From Acidimicrobiales bacterium (lineage in GTDB: Bacteria > Actinomycetota > Acidimicrobiia > Acidimicrobiales > GCA-2861595), in NCBI GenBank assembly GCA_035689115.1, contig DASSMA010000058.1:2573-66572 (forward strand): a stretch of DNA of 64,000 nucleotides, written 5' to 3'. Under the pieces are notes generated by a model. That model saw nothing but the letters and a program-made list of their open reading frames with translations, made no database searches and was not told the origin of the DNA. The position numbers and the translations under genes were made by a program. Shown one piece after another: positions 45,009 through 55,023 of this stretch. Numbering within the stretch: the first letter of the stretch is position 1; each line of letters opens with the position of its first letter.

Positions 45009-45873
45009 GCTGCTGGCCCGGTGCACCTTCCCGGAGGCCGGCACCCCGCTCCACTGCGCGGTCTCGGGGGGAGCCGACTCGCTCGCCCTGCTCGTCCTGG
45101 CCGTGGCCGCCGGCTGCGAGGTCACCGCCCACCACGTGGACCACGGGCTGCGGCCCGGGTCGGCGGCCGAGGCGGGGGTGGTGGCGGCTGCCGCCGAGCG
45201 CTTCGGCGCCCGCTTCCAGGGCCACGTGGTGGCGCCGGGGCCGGGCCCCAACCTGGAGGCCCGGGCCCGGGCCGCCCGCCGGGCCGTCCTGCCCGCCGGG
45301 ACGGCGACCGGGCACACCGCCGACGACCAGGCCGAGACGATCCTGCTGAACCTGCTGCGGGGGGCGGGGCTCGACGGCCTGGCCGGCATGCGCCCCGGCC
45401 CGTCGAAGCCCATCCTGGCCCTCCGCCGGGCCGAGACCCGCGCCCTGTGCGCGTCGGCCGGCCTCGAGCCGGTGGACGACCCGTCCAACGGCGACCCCGC
45501 CCACCGCCGCAACCGGGTGCGCCACGAGGTGCTGCCCCTCCTGGACGCGGTGGCGGGCCGGGACGTGGCCGCCGTCCTCGCCCGCCAGGCCGGCGTGCTG
45601 CGCGACGAGGCCGACCTCCTCGACGAGCTGGCGGCCGCCGTCGACCCGGCCGACGGGCGGGCGCTGGCCGCCCTGCCCCCGCCGCTGGCCCGCCGGGCCG
45701 TCCGCCGGCTGCTGGCCGGCGAGCACCCGCCGGACACGGCGTCGGTGGAGCGGGTGCTGGACGTGGCCCGCCACCAGGCGGCCGCCTGCCAGGTGGGCGG
45801 CGGGCGCACCGTTCGCCGCACCGCGGGCCGCCTCCGCATCGAGGGTGGGACAGGGGGCGGGGCCGGCGCGTAG
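44890..45873 (+). CDS. tilS: tRNA(Ile)-lysidine synthase
   Basis: PP-loop: AVSGGADSLALL. Also HHVDHGLRPGS. The start is uncertain. The only canonical start (ATG at 44890) overlaps the upstream gene by 119 nt, and the likely real start is near 45010. Confidence 0.8.
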   Translation: MSAAPTSTPACGASPGGSTWPRCPTWSRSPARGSATTPPELLARCTFPEAGTPLHCAVSGGADSLALLVLAVAAGCEVTAHHVDHGLRPGSAAEAGVVAAAAERFGARFQGHVVAPGPGPNLEARARAARRAVLPAGTATGHTADDQAETILLNLLRGAGLDGLAGMRPGPSKPILALRRAETRALCASAGLEPVDDPSNGDPAHRRNRVRHEVLPLLDAVAGRDVAAVLARQAGVLRDEADLLDELAAAVDPADGRALAALPPPLARRAVRRLLAGEHPPDTASVERVLDVARHQAAACQVGGGRTVRRTAGRLRIEGGTGGGAGA

Positions 45874-45883
45874 GTTCGGGGCC

Positions 45884-46450
45884 GTGCACGAGCCCGGCGC
45901 CGACCCGAACCTCGGCAAGGTGGTCGTCTCCGAGGCCGACCTCCAGCGCCGGATCGCCGAACTGGGCGAGCGGCTCACCGAGGACTACCTGGGCCGCGTG
46001 CCGCTCCTGGTCGGCGTGCTGAAGGGCGCCTTCGTGTTCATGGCCGACCTGGCCCGGGTCATCCGCCTGCCCCTCGAGTTCGACTTCATGGCCGTGTCGT
46101 CCTACGGGAGCGCCACCAAGACCAGCGGCGTGGTCCGGATCGTGAAAGACCTCGACCTCGACCTCACCGGCCGCCACGTGCTGGTGGTGGAGGACATCGT
46201 CGACTCCGGCCTCACCCTGTCCTACCTGCGGCGCAACCTGGCGGCCCGGGGGCCGGCCAGCCTCGAGGTGTGCGCCCTGCTGGTGAAGGAGGGGCTCCAG
46301 AAAGCCGACCTCAAGCTCCGCTACGTGGGCTTCACCATCCCCCCGGAGTTCGTCGTCGGCTACGGCCTCGACGCCGGGGAGCGCTATCGGAACCTTCCGT
46401 ACGTGTGCGGCTACGTGGGACCGATGGGTGTCGGTACCCTGAAAGGGTGA
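45884..46450 (+). CDS. hpt: hypoxanthine phosphoribosyltransferase
   Basis: GTG at 45884. PRPP motif: VLVVEDIVDSGLTL. Also VGYGLDAGERYRNLPYV. Confidence 0.9.
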   Translation: MHEPGADPNLGKVVVSEADLQRRIAELGERLTEDYLGRVPLLVGVLKGAFVFMADLARVIRLPLEFDFMAVSSYGSATKTSGVVRIVKDLDLDLTGRHVLVVEDIVDSGLTLSYLRRNLAARGPASLEVCALLVKEGLQKADLKLRYVGFTIPPEFVVGYGLDAGERYRNLPYVCGYVGPMGVGTLKG

Positions 46451-46502
46451 CCAGCCCGACCGTCCCGCTCAAGCCCGTCTCACAGGTGTCGAAGGGGCTG
46501 GC

Positions 46503-48473
46503 ATGAAGAAGCCGTTCCGGCACCCGCTGGTCTGGGTGGTCGTCGCCCTCGTCGCCCTGCTCGTCGCCGTCGCCCTGCTCACCGGCGGCAACCACCGCAA
46601 GAACGTCCCGCTCAGCCGCTTCCAGGCCCTGGTGGCGGAGAACCGGGTGCGGTCGGCCGAGGTCGTGGGCCAGGACCGGGTGCGGGGCGTGCTGAAGGAC
46701 GGCTCGAAGTACGAGACTCGCTTCCCGCCGGAGTACAGCGACGAGCTCACCGGCCAGCTGCTCAAGGCCAAGGTGAGCGTCGATTCGAGGGAGTCCGGCC
46801 AGAACGTCCTGATGGCGCTGCTCATCAACGTGCTGCCCATCGTGCTGCTGTTCGGCGGCTTCCTGTTCGTCATCAACGCCATGCAGGGCGGCGGGAGCCG
46901 GGTCATGCAGTTCGGCCGGGCCAAGCCCAAGGTCATGTCGAAGGACGAGCCCAAGGTCACCTTCACCGACGTGGCCGGGGCCGACGAGGCGGTGGCCGAG
47001 CTCCAGGAGATCAAGGAGTTCCTCGAGGCGCCGGCCAAGTTCCACGCCATCGGCGCCAAGATCCCCAAGGGCGTGCTGCTCTACGGGCCTCCCGGCACGG
47101 GCAAGACGCTGCTGGCCAAGGCGGTGGCCGGCGAGGCCGGCGTGCCGTTCTTCTCCATCTCCGGCTCCGACTTCGTGGAGATGTTCGTGGGCGTCGGCGC
47201 CAGCCGGGTGCGCGACCTGTTCGCCCAGGCCAAGGCGTCGCCGCCGGCCATCATCTTCATGGACGAGATCGACGCCGTCGGCCGCCACCGCGGCGCCGGC
47301 ATGGGCGGCGGCCACGACGAGCGGGAGCAGACCCTCAACCAGCTGCTCGTCGAGATGGACGGCTTCGACACCAAGGCCGGCGTCATCCTCATCGCCGCCA
47401 CCAATCGCCCCGACATCCTCGACCCCGCCCTGCTGCGACCGGGCCGCTTCGACCGCCAGATCGTGGTCGACCGCCCCGACCTCCACGGCCGGGTGAAGAT
47501 CCTCGAGGTCCACTCGAAGGGGAAGCCCCTCGACGACGCCATCGACCTGGAGGTGCTGGCCCGGCGCACGCCCGGCTTCACCGGCGCCGACCTGGCCAAC
47601 CTGATGAACGAGGCCGCCCTGCTCTCGGCGCGCGCCGGCAGCAAGCGCATCGGCATGCAGGAGCTGGAGGCGGCCATCGACCGCGTCATCGGGGGCCCCG
47701 AGCGCAAGACCCGGGTGATGAGCGAGAAGGAGAGGCTGGTCATCGCCTACCACGAGGGCGGCCACGCCATCGTGGGCCACGTGCTCCCGCACGCCGACCC
47801 GGTGCACAAGGTGTCCATCGTGGCCCGGGGCCGGGCCCTCGGGTGGACCCTCTCGCTGCCCACCGAGGACAAGTACCTCGTCACCCGCTCCGAGCTGCGC
47901 GACCAGCTGGCCGTCCTCATGGGCGGGCGCACGGCCGAGGAGCTGATCTTCTCCGAGATCACCACCGGCGCCGCCAACGACATCGAGAAGGCGTCGGAGA
48001 TCGCCCGGGCCATGGTCACCCAGTACGGCATGAGCGACCTGCTCGGGCCCCTCCAGCTCGGGGAGAAGAACGGCGAGGTGTTCCTCGGGCGCGACCTCGG
48101 CCACCAGGCCAACTACTCCGTCGAGGTCGCTTCCCACATCGACAGCGAGGTGCGCCGGCTCATCGACGGGGCCCACGACCAGGCGGTGCAGATCCTCACC
48201 GCCCACCGGGCCACCCTCGACCGGCTGGCGTCGGCCCTCCTCGACCAGGAGACGCTCGAGACCGGGCCCCTCATGGAGATCCTGGGCGACCTGCCGCCGT
48301 GGTCGGGGACCGCCCGGCCCTCGGCGCCGGCGCTGCCCACGCCGCACGTCCCCGCGCCCGTGCCCGTCGGTGCCCACGCGGTGGAGGCTCCCGTCGCCGG
48401 GCCGGCGCTCACCGCCGTCCGCAAGCTCCGCCGCAAGCTGCGGCGGGCGGGGAACCGCCCCGCGACCGCGTAG
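46503..48473 (+). CDS. ftsH: ATP-dependent zinc metalloprotease FtsH
   Basis: Walker A: [21 protein letters not shown]: [25 protein letters not shown] zinc site. Confidence 0.97.
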   Translation: MKKPFRHPLVWVVVALVALLVAVALLTGGNHRKNVPLSRFQALVAENRVRSAEVVGQDRVRGVLKDGSKYETRFPPEYSDELTGQLLKAKVSVDSRESGQNVLMALLINVLPIVLLFGGFLFVINAMQGGGSRVMQFGRAKPKVMSKDEPKVTFTDVAGADEAVAELQEIKEFLEAPAKFHAIGAKIPKGVLLYGPPGTGKTLLAKAVAGEAGVPFFSISGSDFVEMFVGVGASRVRDLFAQAKASPPAIIFMDEIDAVGRHRGAGMGGGHDEREQTLNQLLVEMDGFDTKAGVILIAATNRPDILDPALLRPGRFDRQIVVDRPDLHGRVKILEVHSKGKPLDDAIDLEVLARRTPGFTGADLANLMNEAALLSARAGSKRIGMQELEAAIDRVIGGPERKTRVMSEKERLVIAYHEGGHAIVGHVLPHADPVHKVSIVARGRALGWTLSLPTEDKYLVTRSELRDQLAVLMGGRTAEELIFSEITTGAANDIEKASEIARAMVTQYGMSDLLGPLQLGEKNGEVFLGRDLGHQANYSVEVASHIDSEVRRLIDGAHDQAVQILTAHRATLDRLASALLDQETLETGPLMEILGDLPPWSGTARPSAPALPTPHVPAPVPVGAHAVEAPVAGPALTAVRKLRRKLRRAGNRPATA

Positions 48474-48509
48474 CTGGATGATTCGGCTCGGGTCTCCTGC
48501 CATGGCCGC

Positions 48510-49094
48510 TTGGAGTTGAGCTCCGGCGGGGTTGATCTGCCCCGCATCGAGCGGGCGGTGCGGGAGATCCTGGAGGCCATCGGCGAGGACCCCGATCGCG
48601 ACGGCCTGCGCCGCACCCCGGCGCGGGTGGCCGCCCTCTACGCCGAGGTCTTCTCGGGCCTGGGAGCGCGCCCGGAGGACGCTCTGAGCGTCACCTTCGA
48701 GTCGGGTCACGACGAGATGGTGATGGTCAACGACATCCCGCTCTACGGCGTCTGCGAGCACCACCTCATCCCCTTCGTGGGGCGGGCCCACGTGGCCTAC
48801 GTCCCCAACGAGGAGGGCCGCATCACCGGGCTCTCCAAGCTGGTCCGCCTCGTCCACGTCTACGCCCGCCGGCCCCAGGTGCAGGAGAACCTCACCGCCC
48901 AGATCGCCGACGCCCTGATGGCGGTGCTGGCCCCGCGCGGCGTGCTCGTGTCCATCGAGGCCGAGCACCTGTGCATGTCGATGCGCGGGGTCCGTACGCC
49001 CGGCACCAAGACGGTCACCACGGTGGTGCGGGGCCTGTTCCGCACCGACCCGAGGACCCGTTCGGAGGCGATGGCGTTCATCCACGGGCGCTGA
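48510..49094 (+). CDS. folE: GTP cyclohydrolase I
   Basis: Motifs: [43 protein letters not shown] start. Confidence 0.95.
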   Translation: MELSSGGVDLPRIERAVREILEAIGEDPDRDGLRRTPARVAALYAEVFSGLGARPEDALSVTFESGHDEMVMVNDIPLYGVCEHHLIPFVGRAHVAYVPNEEGRITGLSKLVRLVHVYARRPQVQENLTAQIADALMAVLAPRGVLVSIEAEHLCMSMRGVRTPGTKTVTTVVRGLFRTDPRTRSEAMAFIHGR

Positions 49095-49181
49095 CCATTT
49101 CGGTATCTGCGGGGGGAGTGGCTGGTCTAGTCACCTGAGCGGCCGCTACGGAGGCGGCCCGCACGGGGGAGAGACCCAGCC

Positions 49182-51296
49182 ATGAACCAGGCGAGCAGGC
49201 CCGCCAACGACATCGAGCGCCACATCCAAGCGCGCTCCCGCTTTGCCTCGCTCCTCGTCCAGGAGCCCGAGTACTTCCAGAAGATCTTCCCGGTCAGCGG
49301 GAGCACCATCTTCGAGCAGCTCACCTGCGTGGGGCTCGAGCCCGACCAGCACGCGCTGTACGCCACCATTGCCGTGAAGCACACGACCGGCTACGGCGGC
49401 GACCTGTGCACCCGCGCCGGCGGCCGCGAGTACGTCCGGTTCTTCGTCGACTGGAACGGCGACGGCGACTTCACCGACGCCGCCGAGGACCTGGGCGTGG
49501 CCAGCGTGGCCGTCCACGACATCCCCGGTCCCAAGCCGCTCGTGTACTCGGTGACCGTGCCCCTCACCCGCGAGCAGGGGCTGTGCTTCCTCGCCCGGCC
49601 GGTGAAGGTGCGGGCCGTCCTCATGTACAACGCCGTCCCGCCGGCCGGGGACCCCGACCCGTTCATCGTCTGGGGCGGGATCCTCGACGTCAACGTGCAG
49701 CCGCGGTCCGGGAGCCTGGTTCTCGGCGACCTGCTGGCGCACGCCCAGGTCAAGCTGGCGCCGGCCTTCGCCGAGCTGGTCGACACCAAGGCGCCGGTGG
49801 CGAAGTCCACGACGCTCACGCCCGCCCAGGTGGTGGCCCTCTACGCCGGCGACGAGACCATGCCCCTGCACCGGTCCCTCGGGCCGCAGCTGGCCACCAT
49901 CGCCCAGGCCATGTCGGCCGACGCCGGCAAGGCGCAGCCGGCCGCCCTGGCGTCGTCGCTCCAGGCCGCCGTCGGCACCGAGGTGGCCGCCAAGCTCGAC
50001 CTGTCCAACGTGATCGGCGCCTATCTCGACCTGGACGGCGACACCAGCTTCGAGGAACTGCACTGCGTGGGGCTGCACCCCGATCTCAGCGCGGTGGTCG
50101 GCGTCCTGGAGATCAAGCGGCCGGCCGGCTACTCGGGCGGCCCGTGCACCTCGGGCAGCCTGGAGTTCGTCAGCTTCTGGGCCGACTGGGACGACAGCGG
50201 GTCGTGGGACCAGTACCTCGGCACCGCCCAGGTCCGCGTCCACGACGAGCAGGTGCCGCCCGGGGGCATCCGCTACGCGGTGTTCCTGCCGGTGAACCTG
50301 GCCCCCCACCGGCGGCCTTGCGGCCAGTCGCACACCGCCCGCATCCGGGCCGTGCTGTCCTGGAACACCCCGCCCGCCTCCACCAACCCCTACGCCGTGC
50401 CCAGGTGGGGCAACCACGTCGAGGCCCTGGTCCAGCTCCCCGTGGGCGAGCCCGAGATCGGGCAGGTGCCGTTCATCAGCGTGGTGGGCGGCATGGCGGT
50501 GGCCGACATCGACGGCGCCGGCCTCGCCACCGGCACCGCCGTGATGGCCGGGTTCCACGCCTCGAACAGCCCGTTCGCCGGCATGGTGTCGATCGCCGGC
50601 CACATCTCCAACCCGCCGGACCTGAGCGCCGGCCAGCCGGCGCTGACGTACGGCCTCAAGTTCCGCAAGGACGGCGACGTGGCGGTGCACGACATCGCCG
50701 ACTCCTTCCAGGTGACCCTGAGCCGCTACTCGGGCTCCGTGTGGACCCAGACCCAGCCGATGCAGATCGCCAACCCGGGCACCCACCGGTTCCCCTACCT
50801 GGAGGACCTCACGCCCAACGGCCCGGCGGGGGACATCACCTTCGTCGAGGGCTTCCTGCTGGGCAAGTGGAAGACCGGCGTCTTGGCCGATGGTCGCTAC
50901 GAGGTGTGGATGGAGGCCGACATCGGGGGCTCGACGGTCGAGAGCAACCACGTGTGGGTCCAACTGGACAACACCGCCCCCAAGGCGGTGCTGGCCCTGA
51001 ACGGCGACCCGTTCACGCCCAAGGGCACCGACATCACCGGGACGTTCGAGGCCACCGACGACCACTTCGGGTCGTGGTCGCTCGGGGTCGTGCCCGGCGG
51101 CTACCCGCACGCCCCGTCGCCGGCCGGCGACAGCGCCCCCAGGGCGGCGGGCACCCCGTTCACGCTGTCGACGAACCTGGCCACGCCGGGGGGCTACGTC
51201 CTCCACCTGCAGGTGACCGACCGCTCGATCGTGAACAGCGGCTCCATCGGCCTCACCACCCCTGCAGACGTGGGCTTCTGCGTCGAGAAGCCCTAG
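49182..51296 (+). CDS. 704-aa uncharacterised protein with two copies of a novel ~130-aa Cys-containing domain and a C-terminal beta-rich (Ig-like?) region
   Basis: High third-position GC. The internal repeat covers aa 44-173 and aa 290-418. There is no signal peptide, and I recognise no family. Confidence 0.7.
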   Translation: MNQASRPANDIERHIQARSRFASLLVQEPEYFQKIFPVSGSTIFEQLTCVGLEPDQHALYATIAVKHTTGYGGDLCTRAGGREYVRFFVDWNGDGDFTDAAEDLGVASVAVHDIPGPKPLVYSVTVPLTREQGLCFLARPVKVRAVLMYNAVPPAGDPDPFIVWGGILDVNVQPRSGSLVLGDLLAHAQVKLAPAFAELVDTKAPVAKSTTLTPAQVVALYAGDETMPLHRSLGPQLATIAQAMSADAGKAQPAALASSLQAAVGTEVAAKLDLSNVIGAYLDLDGDTSFEELHCVGLHPDLSAVVGVLEIKRPAGYSGGPCTSGSLEFVSFWADWDDSGSWDQYLGTAQVRVHDEQVPPGGIRYAVFLPVNLAPHRRPCGQSHTARIRAVLSWNTPPASTNPYAVPRWGNHVEALVQLPVGEPEIGQVPFISVVGGMAVADIDGAGLATGTAVMAGFHASNSPFAGMVSIAGHISNPPDLSAGQPALTYGLKFRKDGDVAVHDIADSFQVTLSRYSGSVWTQTQPMQIANPGTHRFPYLEDLTPNGPAGDITFVEGFLLGKWKTGVLADGRYEVWMEADIGGSTVESNHVWVQLDNTAPKAVLALNGDPFTPKGTDITGTFEATDDHFGSWSLGVVPGGYPHAPSPAGDSAPRAAGTPFTLSTNLATPGGYVLHLQVTDRSIVNSGSIGLTTPADVGFCVEKP

Positions 51297-51298
51297 GG

Positions 51299-51393
51299 TT
51301 TCGCCTCGCAAGCGGATCTTGCTCGGCTGCTTTGTGGGGGGCTGCGCCCCCCACGCCCCCCGTGCCGGCAGCCGTGGGGGGCGCCTCCGGCGC
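51299..51393 (+). repeat. GC-rich interspersed element, family C, copy 2
   Basis: tttcgcctcgcaagcggatcttgctcggctgctttgtggggggctgcgccccccacgccccccgtgccggcagccgtggggggcgcctccggcgcc. It starts 3 nt after the TAG of the 704-aa gene. Confidence 0.8.
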
Positions 51394-51494
51394 CGTTCTG
51401 CGGCCGCCGGCAGCCGATGCACCCGCCGGCGACCGGGCAATGGGGCCCGGTCGTCCGGCGCGAAGAATCGCCGGAAGCTGCCGATACTGAAAGG

Positions 51495-52748
51495 GTGAGG
51501 CTCGGTCTCGCGGGGGTTGTGGTGGCGGCCGCTGTGGTGGCCGCCGGCGGCTCGGCGGGCGCCGGCGTGCCGGGGTCGTCCTGCCCCGTCTTCCCGGCCG
51601 ACAACGTGTGGCACGCCGACGTGTCGTCGCTGCCGGTCCACCCGTCCGGCGCCGCCTGGCTGGCGTCGATGGGAGGCCCGGCCGTGCGGATCCACCCCGA
51701 CTTCGGGCCGGCCGGGCCGGGGGAGCAGCCCTACGGGATCCCGTGGGTCACCGTGGCGGGCGACGCCCCCAAGGTCGACGTGGCCTTCGAGTACGCCGAC
51801 GAGAGCGACCCGGGGCCCTACCCCCTCACCCGGGCCACGCCGGTGGAGGGCGGCAGCGACCGCCACGCCATCATGGTCGACCGCGACCGCTGCACGCTCT
51901 ACGAGCTGTACGGGACGGCGTGGGATGCCGAGGGGGCGGTCGCCGGCTCCGGGGCGGTCTGGGACCTGCGGTCCGACGCCCTCCGGCCCGACGGCTGGAC
52001 CTCGGCCGACGCCGCCGGCCTGCCCATCTTCGCCGGCCTCCTCCGGCGCGACGAGGTGGCGTCGGGCACGGTCGACCATGCCATCCGGATGACCGCCCAG
52101 CGCACCGACCGGTCCTACGTGTGGCCGGCCCGCCACCAGGCCGGCGCCGCCCGCGACCCGTCGCTGCCGCCCATGGGCGCCCGGTTCCGCCTCAAGGGGG
52201 CCTTCTCCCTGGCCGGCTTCCGCCCCGACACCCAGGCGGTGCTGCGGGCCATGCAGCACTACGGCCTGATCCTGGCCGACAACGGGTCGAATTGGTACTT
52301 CACGGGCACGTCCGAGGACGGCTGGGACCCCGCCATGCTCGACGAGCTGAAGACGATCCCGGCCGGCGCCTTCGAGGCGGTGGACGCCTCGTCGCTCATG
52401 GCCAGCCCCGACTCGGGCCGGGTACGGGCGCCGGCGCCGGCCACCACCCTCCCGGCGGCCACGACCACCACCACCCGGCCGCCGACCACCACCACCCGCC
52501 CGGACACCACGACGACGGCGCCGGCCACCACCACGTCGTCGTCGACCACCGTGCCGCCTCCCAAGCGGGTGCTGCTGCTCCCGCCGACCACCGAGGCGGC
52601 GCCCGACGAGACCGTGTCGGCCGCCCCGGCGGCGGCCACGTCGGGCGGAGGGCCGACCGCGTGGCTGCTGGCCCTCGGCGCCGCCGGCGCGGCGGCGGGC
52701 GCCGGCTGGGCCGTCCTCCACCTGCGCCGGCGCCGCCCACCCCCCTGA
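51495..52748 (+). CDS. secreted protein with a Thr-rich stalk and a C-terminal membrane anchor
   Basis: GTG at 51495. The signal-like N-terminus is VRLGLAGVVVAAAVVAAGGSAGA. After a conserved-looking globular part (DESDPGPYP, GWTSADAAGLPI, PPMGARFRLK) come a poly-Thr linker, a TM helix and an RRRR stop-transfer. Confidence 0.65.
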   Translation: MRLGLAGVVVAAAVVAAGGSAGAGVPGSSCPVFPADNVWHADVSSLPVHPSGAAWLASMGGPAVRIHPDFGPAGPGEQPYGIPWVTVAGDAPKVDVAFEYADESDPGPYPLTRATPVEGGSDRHAIMVDRDRCTLYELYGTAWDAEGAVAGSGAVWDLRSDALRPDGWTSADAAGLPIFAGLLRRDEVASGTVDHAIRMTAQRTDRSYVWPARHQAGAARDPSLPPMGARFRLKGAFSLAGFRPDTQAVLRAMQHYGLILADNGSNWYFTGTSEDGWDPAMLDELKTIPAGAFEAVDASSLMASPDSGRVRAPAPATTLPAATTTTTRPPTTTTRPDTTTTAPATTTSSSTTVPPPKRVLLLPPTTEAAPDETVSAAPAAATSGGGPTAWLLALGAAGAAAGAGWAVLHLRRRRPPP

Positions 52749-52776
52749 CCGCCGCAGCAGGGTACGGTCGGGGGCC

Positions 52777-54201
52777 GTGGCCCGCTACGACCTGGTCATC
52801 GTGGGGATGGGCTCGGGGGGGATGGTGGCGGCCGAGTTCGCCGCCTCGCTCGGCCTCCGGGTGGCGGTGGTGGAGCGGGCGAGGGTGGGCGGCGACTGCC
52901 TGTGGACGGGGTGCGTGCCGTCCAAGGCCCTCCTGGCGTCGGCCAAGGTGGCCCACCACATCCGGACGGCCGACCGCTGGGGGCTGCCGGCCCGGGAGCC
53001 GGAGATCGACACCGGCGAGGTGTGGAAGCGCATCCGGGCGGTGCAGCAGGAGGTGGCCGCCACCGACGACAGCCCGGCCCGCTTCGAGGCGCTGGGGGTC
53101 GAACTGGTCACCGGCACCGGCCGCCTCGCCGGTCCCCATACGGTCGACGTGGACGGGCGGGCGCTGGAGACCCGGTTCGTGCTGCTTTGCACCGGCAGCC
53201 GGCCGGCTGTCCCGCCCGTGCCGGGGCTGGCCGAGGCCGGCCACCTCACCAGCGAGAACGTGTTCGAGGTGGAGCGGGCGCCGGCCCGGCTGATGGCGAT
53301 CGGCGGCGGGCCGATCGCCGTCGAGCTGGCCCAGGGGTGCAACCGCCTGGGCGTGGACGTCACCGTGCTCCAGCGGGGGCCCCGCATCCTGCCGCGCGAC
53401 GAGCCCGAGCTGGTGGCCATCCTGGCCGACCGGCTGCAGGCCGAGGGCGTGCGGATCGTGGTCGACGTGGCCGTGGAGCGGGTGGAGGTGTCGGGCGGGG
53501 TCAAGGTCGTGCACGGCACGGTGGCCGGGGAGCCGTCCTCCTGGGAGGCCGACGAGATCCTGGTGGCGGCCGGGCGGCGGCCCAACGTGGAGGCGCTGGG
53601 CCTGGAGGCGGCGGGGGTGCGCACCGGGCCCCGGGGGATCGAGGTCGACGACCGCATGCGCTCGAGCGTGCCGTCGGTCTACGCCGCCGGCGACGTGGCC
53701 GGCCGGTACCTGTTCACCCACTCGGCCGCCCACGAGGCCCTGCGGGCGGTCCGGGACATGTTCTTCCCCGGCCGGGGCACGGTGAGCGACCTGGTGCCGT
53801 GGTGCACGTTCACCGACCCGGAGCTGGCCCACGCCGGGCTCACCGAGGCCGAGGCCAGGGCCGCCCACCCCGGCGAGGTCACCGTTCACCGGATCGACCT
53901 GTCCCACTCCGACCGGGCCCGGGCCGACGGCGACGCCGAGGGCCGGATCGTCGCCGTCTGCGGCAAGCGTGACCGCCTGCTCGGGGCCAGCATCCTGGCG
54001 CCGGGCGCCGGCGAGCTGATCCACGAGCTGGCCCTCGTGATCAAGCAGGGGGGCCGCCTCACCGACCTGTCGAGCCTGATCCACGTGTACCCCACGCTGT
54101 CGACCTCGGTGAGCCAGGTGGCGGCAGAGGCCACCTTCGCCTCGGCCCTGCGCCTCAAGTGGGTCACCCGCCTGGCCCGTCTGCGGCTGCCGGGGCGCTG
54201 A
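52777..54201 (+). CDS. FAD-dependent pyridine nucleotide-disulfide oxidoreductase (mercuric reductase / dihydrolipoamide dehydrogenase family)
   Basis: Motifs: YDLVIVGMGSGG, redox CxxxxC GGDCLWTGCVPSK, and a C-terminal dimerisation HxxxxE region (IHVYPTLS). Confidence 0.9.
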   Translation: MARYDLVIVGMGSGGMVAAEFAASLGLRVAVVERARVGGDCLWTGCVPSKALLASAKVAHHIRTADRWGLPAREPEIDTGEVWKRIRAVQQEVAATDDSPARFEALGVELVTGTGRLAGPHTVDVDGRALETRFVLLCTGSRPAVPPVPGLAEAGHLTSENVFEVERAPARLMAIGGGPIAVELAQGCNRLGVDVTVLQRGPRILPRDEPELVAILADRLQAEGVRIVVDVAVERVEVSGGVKVVHGTVAGEPSSWEADEILVAAGRRPNVEALGLEAAGVRTGPRGIEVDDRMRSSVPSVYAAGDVAGRYLFTHSAAHEALRAVRDMFFPGRGTVSDLVPWCTFTDPELAHAGLTEAEARAAHPGEVTVHRIDLSHSDRARADGDAEGRIVAVCGKRDRLLGASILAPGAGELIHELALVIKQGGRLTDLSSLIHVYPTLSTSVSQVAAEATFASALRLKWVTRLARLRLPGR

Positions 54202-54255
54202 GCCTGCCCGATCGGGCAAGGGCGGGCGGTCCCGCCGGCGGTACGCTCGGAGCCG

Positions 54256-55023
54256 ATGGCTCCCCTCGTGATGGGCGTGGTGAACGTGACGCCCGACTCG
54301 TTCTCCGATGGCGGCTTGCACGCCGACCCCCGACGGGCGGTGGCCCACGGGCTGGCTCTGCTCGCCGAGGGCGCGGCCGTGCTCGACGTGGGGGGCGAAT
54401 CCACCCGCCCCGGCGCCGAGCCGGTGGGGGAGGCCGAGGAGCTGCGCCGGGTGCTGCCGGTGGTGGAGGCCCTGGCCGCCCACGGCCGGGTGTCGATCGA
54501 CACCACCAAGGCGTCCGTGGCCCGGGCGGCGGTGGCGGCGGGGGCCACGCTGGTCAACGACGTGTCGGCTTTACTGCACGAGGTGGCGGCCGAGGCCGGC
54601 GTGGGGTGGGTGGCCATGCACCGCCGGGGGGACCCCCGCACCATGCAGGCGGCCCCCCGCTACGACGACGTGGTCGCCGAGGTGCGGGCCTTCCTGCTCG
54701 AGCGGGCCGAGGCGGCGAAGGCGGCCGGCGTGGCCGAGGTCTGGATCGACCCCGGCATCGGCTTCGGCAAGACGGCCGGTCACAACCTGTCCCTGCTGCG
54801 CCACCTCCGCTCGCTGGTGGACACCGGCTGGCCGGTCCTGGTGGGCACCAGCCGCAAGTCGTTCCTCGGCGCCCTGGCCGGCGGGGCGGCGGCCGCCGAC
54901 CGCCTGGAGGGCTCGCTGGCCACCGCCGTGTGGGCCATGGCCCAGGGGGCGGCCATGGTGCGGGTCCACGACGTGGCCGCCACCGCCGAGGCGGCCCGGC
55001 TGGTGGCGGGAGTGGCGGCGTGA
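54256..55023 (+). CDS. folP: dihydropteroate synthase
   Basis: Motifs: MGVVNVTPDSFSDGG, DVGGESTRPGA, IDPGIGFGK. Confidence 0.95.
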   Translation: MAPLVMGVVNVTPDSFSDGGLHADPRRAVAHGLALLAEGAAVLDVGGESTRPGAEPVGEAEELRRVLPVVEALAAHGRVSIDTTKASVARAAVAAGATLVNDVSALLHEVAAEAGVGWVAMHRRGDPRTMQAAPRYDDVVAEVRAFLLERAEAAKAAGVAEVWIDPGIGFGKTAGHNLSLLRHLRSLVDTGWPVLVGTSRKSFLGALAGGAAAADRLEGSLATAVWAMAQGAAMVRVHDVAATAEAARLVAGVAA

